The notes under the pieces: model-generated
Seen by the model: only the letters and a program-made list of their open reading frames with translations
What the model was told of the DNA's origin: nothing
The model's database searches: none
Source of the DNA: Macrostomum lignano
Taxonomy: Eukaryota
DNA: 64,000 nt
Assembly: GCA_002269645.1 (NCBI GenBank)
Contig: NIVC01000012.1
Span: 1,302,001 to 1,366,000, forward strand
Direction: 5' to 3'
Shown: piece after piece, positions 1-10,424 of the stretch
Numbering within the stretch: position 1 is the stretch's first letter
How the letters are laid out: every line of letters starts with the position of its first letter
Program-made: the position numbers and the translations under genes

Positions 1-496
1 GAAAGTTGCCAGACTGGACTATGGCAAGTAGCTAAGGTAGAATTGACGCCAGTTTACTTTAATTCTCATTGGTTTGTGCAGTGCAAACAAATGCTTGTGA
101 GGAGGGTCTTAATCGTACGCGAGAGAAGACTGAAGAGACTCGCAGCGAGACATGTCGGCATTCTCTGCGCACAAAAATACTTCGAACGCTTTACATACAA
201 CTACGTAGAGCTTCGTGTCTAATGTACAAAGCCCTCTAATACGCAATTTGTACACACATGCCCGTTCTTAGAAAAACCGTGGATAGAAAGAGTAGTTGCC
301 AGGGGGCAGACAGGTGCGCGAAAAGCAAGCATCTGCGGCAGACCAACCTGTCTCGTGGCATGTTTTATACAACTACAGAAGAGAGAGTTTTCTGCTTCAA
401 CTGAGCTGCCAAACCTGTTATTCGAAGATTTCGTTCAGAGATAAGATTTAGCGATAGAACTCAGTTAGAACTAGCCATACCAATCTGATTAATGAA

Positions 497-3400
497 ATGC
501 GCCACTGTCATTGGTGCCTCATAATTATCTCTCTGTTACTCGGTGAGTCATCCAATGCCTATTTGACAATTGCGCACATTTACTGTACTTCCGGCTGTTC
601 AAGATGTTAATATGAGTTTTTTAATAGTTATTATTGAGTAAACTACCGGTAGATCAATTCAAAAGTTCAGCCATAGACTCAAATTTGTTTTTGTTTTAAA
701 GTGAACTTTCTCATGAGCTCACTCATGAACTCACTCATTAATTCGCTCTTGAACTCACTCATTAACTCACTCATGAACTCACTCATGAACTCACTCATGA
801 ACTCACTCATGAACTCACTCATGAACTCACTCATGAACTCACTCATGAACTCACTCATGAACTCACTCATGAACTCACTCATTGACTCACTCATTAATTC
901 GCTCTTGAACTCACTCATGAACTCACTCATGAACTCACTCATGAACTCACTCATGAACTCACTCATGAACTCACTCATGAACTTACTTATGAACTCACGC
1001 ATGAACTCACTCATGAACTCACTCATGAACTCACTCATGAACTCACCCATGAACTCACTCATGAACTCACTCATGAACTCACTCATGAACTCACTCATGA
1101 ACTCACTCACGAACTCACTCATGAACTCACTCATGAACTCACTCATGAACTCACTCATGAACTCACTCATAAACTCACTCATAAACTCACTCATGAACTC
1201 ACTTATGAACTCACTCATGAACTCACTCATGAACTCACTCATGAACTCACTCATGAACTCACTCATGAACTCACTCATGAACTCACCCATGAACTCACTC
1301 ATGAACTCACTCATGAACTCACTCATGAACTCACTCACGAACTCACTCATGAACTCACTCATGAACTCACTCATGAACTCACGCATGAACTCACTCATGA
1401 ACTCACTCATGAACTCACTCATGAACTCACCCATGAACTCACGCATGAACTCACTCATGAACTCACTCATGAACTCACTCATGAACTCTTATGAACTCAC
1501 TGATAAACGAATTTATGTGCTCAATAAACAGCATTACAACACTAAAGAAGTGAAATAAAATGATCATAATAACGTCCCCAAGCTTAAAACAAAGACAGTG
1601 TTAATCTGAAGTATTGTTCTATATGTTGATAAAAGGTATTTTATTATTCAACGAATGCACTTTGTGAAAAAAGCTTAATCGGATACATTATGCCAAATGA
1701 AACCGAAAGAATTGCTCATGTTTTTAGCTTGTTTAGGAAAAAACATTTTGCAGGTTCCGTCAGCGCCAATCCCGATGCCAAACGCCTCTACGAAGACGTG
1801 CTTGTGAAACGCGACTACAATGGTTTAATCAGGCCAGTAAACAACCATTCGGATACGCTCACAGTGTACTTAAGCTTGAAACTGGGCCAGCTAATTGACA
1901 TTGTGAGTCATAGTTGAAGTGCGAAGGGGCGTAGCCAGGGAGAACAAGAAGGGCTACGACCCTCACTTTGTTATAAAAGTATTTGGCACCCTTTGTAGTA
2001 GCTTTGGCGCCCCTGGTGCTGGCGCCCCTGGTGCTGGCGCCCCTGGTGCTGGCGCCCCTGGTGCTGGCGCCCCTGGTGCTGGCGCCCCTGGTGCTGGCGC
2101 CCCTGGTGCTGGCGCCCCTGGTGCTGGCGCCCCTGGTGCTGGCGCCCCTGGTGCTGGCGCCCCTGGTGCTGGCGCCCCTGGTGCTGGCGCCCCTGGTGCT
2201 GGCGCCCCTGGTGCTGGCGCCCCTGGTGCTGGCGCCCCTGGTGCTGGCGCCCCTGGTGCTGGCGCCCCTGGTGCTGGCGCCCCTGGTGCTGGCGCCCCTG
2301 GTGCTGGCGCCCCTGGTGCTGGCGCCCCTGGTGCTGGCGCCCCTGGTGCTGGCGCCCCTGGTGCTGGCGCCCCTGGTGCTGGCGCCCCTGGTGCTGGCGC
2401 CCCTGGTGCTGGCGCCCCTGGTGCTGGCGCCCCTGGTGCTGGCGCCCCTGGTGCTGGCGCCCCTGGTGCTGGCGCCCCTGGTGCTGGCGCCCCTGGTGCT
2501 GGCGCCCCTGGTGCTGGCGCCCCTGGTGCTGGCGCCCCTGGTGCTGGCGCCCCTGGTGCTGGCGCCCCTGGTGCTGGCGCCCCTGGTGCTGGCGCCCCTG
2601 GTGCTGGCGCCCCTGGTGCTGGCGCCCCTGGTGCTGGCGCCCCTGGTGCTGGCGCCCCTGGTGCTGGCGCCCCTGGTGCTGGCGCCCCTGGTGCTGGCGC
2701 CCCTGGTGCTGGCGCCCCTGGTGCTAATGGCATGATATTTTCCCTCAATACGCAACTTTAAAATCCTGACTAAAGCCGCCTCAACTCCACGTTAGAACTC
2801 AAATCTTTATATTAAGTTTTGTGCACCCCGTTTTTCCTTTCATTTCAGGACGAAAAAAATCAAATTATGACTACTAACGTCTGGGTTCAAAAGGTAGGAT
2901 TTGTATTGTCAAAGCTTTCTAAAACCATGATTTAAGCAAAATTCAACGCAAAAGTATATTTAGTTTTTTGGATAACTGTTCACTAAAAACTTGGTCAACT
3001 TGCGTCAAAATTTGATTATAGTTTCTGTAGACAATGCTTTACAATGCAACTCACAGTTCACTAATCGAAGATATCGTTAGTCATCCCGATGCTTGAGAAG
3101 TCAAACGAGTTCAACTCGATGAAGGCATGGAAAAGAATCGCAGATTACTCCGAAACGCGACATCCTTTTCAGATCTGGAACGAGCCAAGACTGCGCTGGA
3201 ACCCGAAAGACTACGGCCAGATAACGCAGTTTAGAATTCCGCCATCAGATATTTGGCAGCCTGACGTAGTCCTGTTTAATAAGTGCGCGACAGATTTAAA
3301 CAAAACTTAGCGTTCGGTTTGAGTTGGTTGTAAACTAAACAGAGTCTAACCTTCCAAAATATATTTGTGTTGCGCAAAAATTTCCCATTACAAACGTTTA

Positions 3401-6400
3401 ACGCTACATATCGTCTAAGACAATTTATCCAGAAAGGTCAAATTAGACTTTTAATGTGTAACCGATATAGCTTGGCTTAAGGTCCATAAGCTATGCTGCT
3501 TAACCAATAGCTCTGACGCTTGCTTACTGTAAAATGTGCTATTTTAACTGAGTACTTTTAACTTTGATACGCACATGACTTCATTTTTAATCCAACTACC
3601 ACACCCTATCAAATTACCCTTCAGTGCCGATGGCAACTACGAAGTGAACAAAGGAACAAAGGCTCTGCTGTACAGCAGTGGTATAGTTGTGTGGGAGCCG
3701 CCGGCCATATTCAAATCCTCCTGTCAAATTGACGTGGAGTTTTTTCCATTTGACAAGCAGCGCTGCGCGATGAAGTTCGGAAGCTGGACCTACGATGGAC
3801 TTCAGGTGAGTTGACTTAGTTTTGGAGACTTTATTAGAGATACAGAATAAAGCTTTTCACACGCCCTCAATTACCCCAGCTAATGCTGGCACCCATTTTA
3901 CAGCTAGGTAAACTGAAGCAATGCAGAGTTAAGTGTCTTGCTCGAGGACGCAAATTATTTCGAGTGGGTCGAGAATCGAACCCCCAACCTTTCAGTCGTG
4001 AGTTGGACACTCTAACCACTAGACTGCAACCCCTACTAGGCTTCTGTAGTCTTTAGAGTCTTCAAAGCAAACTAAGGGGCAATACCAATGCAATATTCTT
4101 TTAATTCTTTCAGCATCTCAAATGTTCTTTTTCCACAGTACATTTTTGGACTGGAAATGTACTTTGCTTAAATGTACTTTAGTCCTCTTCCTTCAATTCA
4201 GGTTGACCTTCGACACGTGTCGCAGACCAACGATTCGTCACCCGTGGTTGAGTACGGCATCAACATCGACGGACTAATCGACTCCACAGAATGGGATTTG
4301 CTACACGTTCCAGCCGAGCGCAACCTGAAGACCTATCCCTGCTGCCCTGAGCCCTACCCAGACATCACCTTCACCATTGTCATACGCCGAAAGACCATGT
4401 TCTACTTGATTAATCTTATATTTCCTTGCGTGGCAATCAGCTTCTTGTCTCTGTTTGTATTCTACCTGCCAGGCGATAGTGGCGAGAAAAACACGCTCAG
4501 CATCTCCATCCTCATTGCCGTGACCTTCTTCTTTTTAGTGCTGGCAGAATCCATCCCGCCTACATCGCTAGTTGTACCGCTGATTGGCAAGTACCTGCTG
4601 TTCACTCTCGTACTTGTCATGCTCTCAATCGTTATCACCGTTATTGAGATGAACTTTAACGAACGAACTCCCGCCACGCATCGAATGTCGCCAATGACGA
4701 AGTGGATATTTCTTACTTTGCTGCCTAAAATCTTGCTCATTAATCGGCCAAATACGACTCGATTTGATGGAATTGTGAGTAAAATATCGCTTTGGATGGA
4801 CACGGTGGTTGAAGTGACAAAGGGCAAGTTCAGTAGACAGCGGCGAAGCCAGGATTTTTTAGTGAGGAGGCATCCTTGAAGTTTACCAGTGCGGGGCGAC
4901 AGCGAGGGGCGCCATCTTGGGGCACCGTCGTAAGAGACGCCATCGAGGAGGCTTTAGCACCAAGTGGCTTTAGCACCAAGTGGCTTTAGCACCAAGTGGC
5001 TTTAGCACCAAGTGGCTTTAGCACCAAGTGGCTTTAGCACCAAGTGGCTTTAGCACCAAGTGGCTTTAGCACCAAGTGGCTTTAGCACCAAGTGGCTTTA
5101 GCACCAAGTGGCTTTAGCACCAAGTGGCTTTAGCACCAAGTGGCTTTAGCACCAAGTGGCTTTAGCACCAAGTGGCTTTAGCACCAAGTGGCTTTAGCAC
5201 CAAGTGGCTTTAGCACCAAGTGGCTTTAGCACCAAGTGGCTTTAGCACCAAGTGGCTTTAGCACCAAGTGGCTTTAGCACCAAGTGGCTTTAGCACCAAG
5301 TGGCTTTAGCACCAAGTGGCTTTAGCACCAAGTGGCTTTAGCACCAAGTGGCTTTAGCACCAAGTGGCTTTAGCACCAAGTGGCTTTAGCACCAAGTGGC
5401 TTTAGCACCAAGTGGCTTTAGCACCAAGTGGCTTTAGCACCAAGTGGCTTTAGCACCAAGTGGCTTTAGCACCAAGTGGCTTTAGCACCAAGTGGCTTTA
5501 GCACCAAAGGCGGCGACAGCCAGGTTTTAGTAATTATGTTTCGGGGTGCCCATCCGTTGCAGTGGAAGAAGCCAGCTTTATGGCTTTAAATGCTTAGTTG
5601 GGCCTAGAGTCAAACTAAGAAGCTGAGGCATTTCTCTCTGTTTCCCCAGCCACCCCCAGCCTTACAAAGTGCACTGACTGAACCGGCAGTGTTTACGTGT
5701 AAAAGGCAACTCTAATCACATACTGCATGATTATTTCAGAAGTCAGATGACGAAAATGACAAAAAATCATCTCCAAAGTCTGCTGCATCAGCCGCCGCAG
5801 TGACATCCGTCCCCTTAAACACCGTCTTTGGAGACAGCGGTGACAACAGCGACTCCGCCAGCTGGCGACTTCTTCGTCCATCATCGTCAGCAGCAGCCGC
5901 CGCCGCCGCCGCGGCCCCCAATCAGCATTCGCCGCTGCAGCATCGTCGATTCGGCCTTGCCGGCATCAGCAGAGCCGACGACGCATCTGCCGATCGTGAA
6001 GCTTTCTTGAGACGTCGAATGACGAAGGACTTGGACTCGCTGCTGCGCGCTGAGAATGCCAGCGGCGCTGATTTAGCCGACGGTTACAGCCAAGACGATC
6101 ATCTGGCTGGCGAGTCCTGCTGGAAGCTCCGACCAGAGTTCGCTGCTACTGCCGGGTCGGCTTCGATGCACCACGCCGGGACGAATGTCGATTCGGCAAG
6201 CCATCCGACAGTGAGGCGGGCTATCAAAGACGCCGTTGCCGGGGCGCAGTATATCGCCAAGCACATGCGAGACGATATGGCTGACAAAGAGGTATGACCT
6301 CGAATCCTGGAGAAATCAACCCAATGATAATGTTTTCCTGATTAAAAAGCGACCCACAGAATCACTTCCGACATAGAGGCGCTAGGGAGGTATTTTGAGA

Positions 6401-6962
6401 GTGCCTTCCAGCTTTAATACCGTGACATGACTGTTTATACGACTTATAAAAAACTAAATAGCCTACTGTTATTAGTAGCAAGTTAAGCGTTTAGTAGAAC
6501 GATCGACGACTGTTTAATTGACTTTGATACGACATACTCTACAGTTTACGTTACACACCCGTAACTTTACAATAGAGTTGTTTAAGCTGTTAGAAAGCCC
6601 GCTTGTGTCGGTCAAAAGACGTTTGAAACTTTAATCTGATAAATTTATTTTTCAACTAATGACTTTTTAGGTCATTGACGACTGGAAATTTGTAACAAGA
6701 GTCTTGGATCGTCTGTTTTTCACAATATTTTCTATTGTTTTTGTCCTTGGTAAGTGAGCAGTCGAACAAACTCATTTTATTTGTCTTTCACAGGCTTTTT
6801 TAGCATTTTGTGGCTCCACTAGAAAAAAACTAACTAAATACGTATTAAAACTTTTCAGGCTCAGCAGGGATGCTCCTTCAGGCTCCAGCGCTGTATGACA
6901 ATGAGCAGCCAATCAATGCGCACAATATTACTTTCAAAAGCAGGTTCGACTTTGCCCGCTAA
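497..6962 (+). CDS. Nicotinic acetylcholine receptor alpha subunit (Cys-loop ligand-gated cation channel), 9 coding exons
   Basis: Phase-consistent GT-AG exons: 497-542 (signal peptide [16 protein letters not shown]), 1754-1902 ([13 protein letters not shown]), 2849-2893 ([13 protein letters not shown]), 3173-3282 (110 nt, WQPDVVLFN), 3625-3805 (Cys-loop [22 protein letters not shown]), 4202-4774 (loop C YPCCPEPY with vicinal Cys = alpha; M1-M3; GEK motif), 5740-6291 (M3-M4 loop), 6671-6749 ([12 protein letters not shown]4), 6859-6962 (LLQAPALYD...stop). AATAAA at 7013-7018. Subtype not assignable by eye. Confidence 0.96.
710..1500. repeat. 12-bp tandem repeat (ATGAACTCACTC)n in nAChR intron 1
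   Basis: Directly visible array; source of the spurious MSEF/MNSL ORFs. Confidence 0.97.
2006..2725. repeat. 15-bp tandem repeat (GGCGCCCCTGGTGCT)n, about 48 essentially identical copies, nAChR intron 2
   Basis: Directly visible; 720 bp with no variant unit seen. Confidence 0.97.
3860..4035 (-). mobile_element. tRNA-derived CORE-like SINE fragment in nAChR intron 5
   Basis: Minus strand reads GTTGCAGTCTAGTGGTTAGAGTG (A-box-like) ... GGTTCGATTCTCG (B box). The + strand stretch CCCATTTTACAG..GTAAACTGAAGC..AGAGTTAAGTGTCTTGCTCGAGG resembles the MIR/CORE-SINE core. Boundaries approximate. Confidence 0.7.
4950..5507. repeat. 16-bp tandem repeat (GGCTTTAGCACCAAGT)n, about 35 copies, nAChR intron 6
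   Basis: Directly visible homogeneous array. Confidence 0.97.
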
Positions 6963-8802
6963 CTCAGCTAGTGTATTAGCTTATCCAGGAGGAACTAATA
7001 GAAACGGAATCAAATAAATTACACGATTGACGTCTATGGCAAATATGTACTTTTAAATTGCGCATACGTTCAACCGACGTCACGTCGTTATCCGTCGGAT
7101 TGCTGTCCGGGTACGCTCGTCAGTAAACGTTGCTCGACAAATACGAGTTAATTGGATTGTTTAATGAAATGCTTCAACGGGTTAATAAAAAGCAGGCAAC
7201 GAAGACCTTGATTGACAGTTGAAAAACTCTCTTTTCATAATACGAGTATAGCTACGATACGGCTATGGCTATTAGTTCATTCTTACGAGCGTATATCGCC
7301 AAATTCAAAACTTTGCTCACTGGTCAAGGCTACTGATATTGAATCGATCCCCCTATCTGACTTGTTGCTACAGTGCCTCAGTACTTGAGTTAGACTGGGC
7401 ACTGTAAGTACATGTATATGTGCTCAAGTAGATATGCTCAAAGTTAGTCTGGCTTCACAGCGAGAGCTGCTCTTTGCTGGGCATTCAATAGAATTAACAA
7501 AATAGTCGCCCTCTTCACTGTTCGGCTGTCGGCTCAGTGGAAGCCATGCTGCACCTGCTCCTGCTTTGCTTCCAAGGAAGCGGCAGTGGTGGTGGTGCTC
7601 ACAAAGACAAATCGAGCCACAAGCTACGCTATCTAGACAATTATAAGTTAGCCCTAAGCTTGATAAGATTTCGATCATATCAGTGGCTGTCAAGTGCAAA
7701 TATCTGCTGGTCAAAGTCGGCGCTAGCATCCAGCAGTGTGCCGAGACGGAACTTCAGTTAAACAAAGTAGTCATAAAATACAAGCCATAAATATGTATAA
7801 TAGTTGTATAAGTAACTCCACCGCCGCGATATTTTCGTAATGCACATATTTTTGCATTTTCTAGCATATAAATTTTTTTGAATATTAATAATCAGCATTC
7901 TCGATTAGAAACTATAGCCGAATATAATTACTGAGAAATTGCTGCTTATTACATGGAAACCAAGGGCAGGAATCGCATTTCAAAAGGAAGCCGCCACAGC
8001 TTAAGCATTAAAGCAATAGCTATAAGTAAAAATGTAATTATTGCCTAATTAGGAAAATTTAATGTGGATATTTTACAGCAGAAGACTTGCTTATGAACTA
8101 GCTATGTACGAAGTATCAAGGGCCTAGTCTATAGTTGTTTATTCATACACAGAGTATGGCAAATCGGGAGTAAACCCTCGGATAAAAATTATTATAGTAA
8201 ATAAATGAAGGTTAGTATAAAGTAGTATATCACGACGCGCACTGATTTTCCATCGATCTGGCCTTTTAAAGCATGGGTATTAGGCGTAATTATATTGTAC
8301 CATAGACATTCTTGTCTAAGTCACACTTGAGACTGAGGGAACGGGGTGCGAGGGTTAAGCCCTACCTGCTACCATAGACTATTTTTGTTTTCTTTAACTA
8401 AAGTTGGTTTATCGTTTCTCGTTTTAATAAATTAGCCCGTGGAATGTCTGTACTGGGCATTTTATGTTGATTTACATAGGAAAAGCTGCAATATCGAGGC
8501 TTATTTACTACCAGTTGTCCTTGATAATTAAGTGATAATTTACATAGGGTTGAGTCTAAGATGGTTCAAAAGACTAATCAACCGAATTAAGAATAAATTA
8601 TTTAATTAATGAGCAAAAAGTCACGTGAGCTATTTGTAGCATCGAAATCGACAAAAAATAACTATTTAGGGCTACAAAATAAAATTAAAATTTTTGATAG
8701 ATTTTTACAAAAATCAATGAGTTCTATAAGCTTCAATGCGATCCGCAGTAAAACGTTGTTTTAAAAGCCTATAAAATTTTAAAGGAACAAAGTTTTTACC
8801 AC

Positions 8803-9579
8803 TCAGTATGACTTCAGGCCGCACACTGCGCCGACAACGGCAACCAGGGCGGCTTGCAGCCACAGTGTCGGTCGGGGCAAGCCGAGAGGCGCGGCGCTTC
8901 TTCCAGCAGCCCTGTAGGTCGTTCCTGAGGCAGTCTGACTGCTGCTTTCTCTTACAGAGGCTGATGACTGAAAGTACGGCTTCCTGTACACGTAGTTGCC
9001 CGCGGTGCTGGCTGATAGAAAAACCTGCAACGGTTGACAATCGTTTGAAGATGTGCGGACATTGTGCCTGCAAGCCTTCTGTCTAGTCTGACTGTGCAGG
9101 TCGCAGACCAGTCTGGTCTTGTTATAGAACTCGCCCGCTCTGACTACGCCTCCTTCTAGGAGCAGCAGGCTAGCGTCCGGCAGCAAACGCAAGAAAAGCA
9201 CAAATTTTCGATCGTTAGCAAGCTCGGCGTCAATAGTGTGCTCATCGATGCAGCGGGTGAAGTTGCTGTGTAGCGATACTACGACCTGATCAGCCGCTAG
9301 GTAGCCCTTGTGGAAGCAGTTTACTGGCGCGATTAGTTGTTTAGCGCTGTGCAACAGTTCGTTGGCCTTTGGCATGTCTCCCGACTCCATGGCAATGTCC
9401 GCATTGCACAGACTCCTCAGAATGTGATCTAGCGAGGCCGATCGGAATCGTTGACGAGCTGAGTTGCAGTTGATGGTTGCGCTGGAGTAGCTGGCTGACG
9501 CTGGTGCCATTGCTGACGCCAACAAGGTGCCGCTTGAGGTGCACAACAAAATCAGCAGAGTTTTAAGGGTCAAAGCCAT
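8803..9579 (-). CDS. Intronless secreted, probably GPI-anchored, cysteine-containing protein of unknown function (about 258 aa)
   Basis: ORF 8803-9627. The second Met (9579) begins a signal peptide MALTLKTLLILLCTSSGTLLASA. The ectodomain has 7 Cys, followed by a Ser/Thr-rich stalk and a hydrophobic C-terminal tail LWLQAALVAVVGAVCGL-KSY. GC-rich, non-repetitive, coding-like composition. Confidence 0.8.
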   Translation of the reverse strand: MALTLKTLLILLCTSSGTLLASAMAPASASYSSATINCNSARQRFRSASLDHILRSLCNADIAMESGDMPKANELLHSAKQLIAPVNCFHKGYLAADQVVVSLHSNFTRCIDEHTIDAELANDRKFVLFLRLLPDASLLLLEGGVVRAGEFYNKTRLVCDLHSQTRQKACRHNVRTSSNDCQPLQVFLSASTAGNYVYRKPYFQSSASVRESSSQTASGTTYRAAGRSAAPLGLPRPTLWLQAALVAVVGAVCGLKSY

Positions 9580-10196
9580 GTTTAAGTGCCAGTTCAGATA
9601 TGGAGAAACCGGGGAAAAGTCAAACAATATATGCTACGGCCCTCGGCTCCAGTGTCGCATAGGAAATGAAGTGCTGTTTTATTTATTTCCAAAGTCCGAG
9701 AAAAACGCAAGCGCGCTACTTAGCATGCGATCGGCGTCCAGCCAATTAGACTCTTAGACTTAAATGAAATACTAAAGCTACTGCTTTGATAGTTAGCTCA
9801 CCGGAGTCATTACTACCAGAAGATCTATTAGCATATGCCAAACACTAGTCCAGTACTAAGATCTGGTTTATACTAGTGCAGTAAGTGTGGGATAAACAAA
9901 ATCTTAGTTCACGGGGCTGATAAAGGGAACTAACTTCAATCTACATGTACACTCATTAGCTTTCGTACAAAATGCTTAAAAGCCCTAAACGAAAATTCGC
10001 TAATTATAAAATCACCTTAGGACTTTGTTGTAAATAAAAAGGTCATTGAAATCGTTGAATTCTTGAAGCTGTGCGCCAGCGAAAGTGACTAAAAAGACTT
10101 CGACAATGCGACATTTCAAGCTTATAAAACGCCTTCATTAAATATCACAATGGCATATTTAGAAGAAAGTTTCGTAGAATCTAGATCAAGCACTAC

Positions 10197-10424
10197 TACA
10201 CCTTTTCACGTTCAATTTTGAACAAAGTCCAGTTCTAAAAAAACTAGCGGAAATTCAATTCAGACAATTCAGACTGGGGACAATTTTGTCTATGGCTAAA
10301 CCTCGCTTCCGTAGCAGAATGTTTTGAACTGGGTTTTGTTGCCCCAGTCTGAATTGTCTGAATTGAATTTCCGCTAGTTTTTTTAGAACTGGACTTTGTT
10401 CAAAATTGAACGTGAAAAGGTGTA
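10197..10424. mobile_element. MITE-like element with 83-bp perfect terminal inverted repeats, TA at both ends
   Basis: Arm 10197-10279 (TACACCTTTTCACGTTCAATTTTG...AGACTGGGG) is the reverse complement of 10342-10424; 62-bp spacer. TA ends fit a Tc1/mariner-type target-site duplication. Confidence 0.8.

Noticed and set aside
679-1558. Long ORFs on both strands (MSEF and MNSL repeats)
   Set aside because: Products of a stop-free 12-bp repeat inside nAChR intron 1 (543-1753)
1690-1753. ORF-track start [10 protein letters not shown]... as the nAChR N-terminus
   Set aside because: It lacks a signal peptide; a proper signal exon at 497-542 splices in phase to the acceptor at 1753
1859-2761. Elastin/silk-like [10 protein letters not shown] and ASTRG ORFs
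   Set aside because: 15-bp repeat open in several frames at once, lying within nAChR intron 2
7424-7761. 74-aa + ORF (MLHLLLLCFQGSGSGGG...) and overlapping - ORF
   Set aside because: No recognisable domain, no convincing splice partner, in-frame stop shortly upstream; cannot exclude a small gene without RNA data
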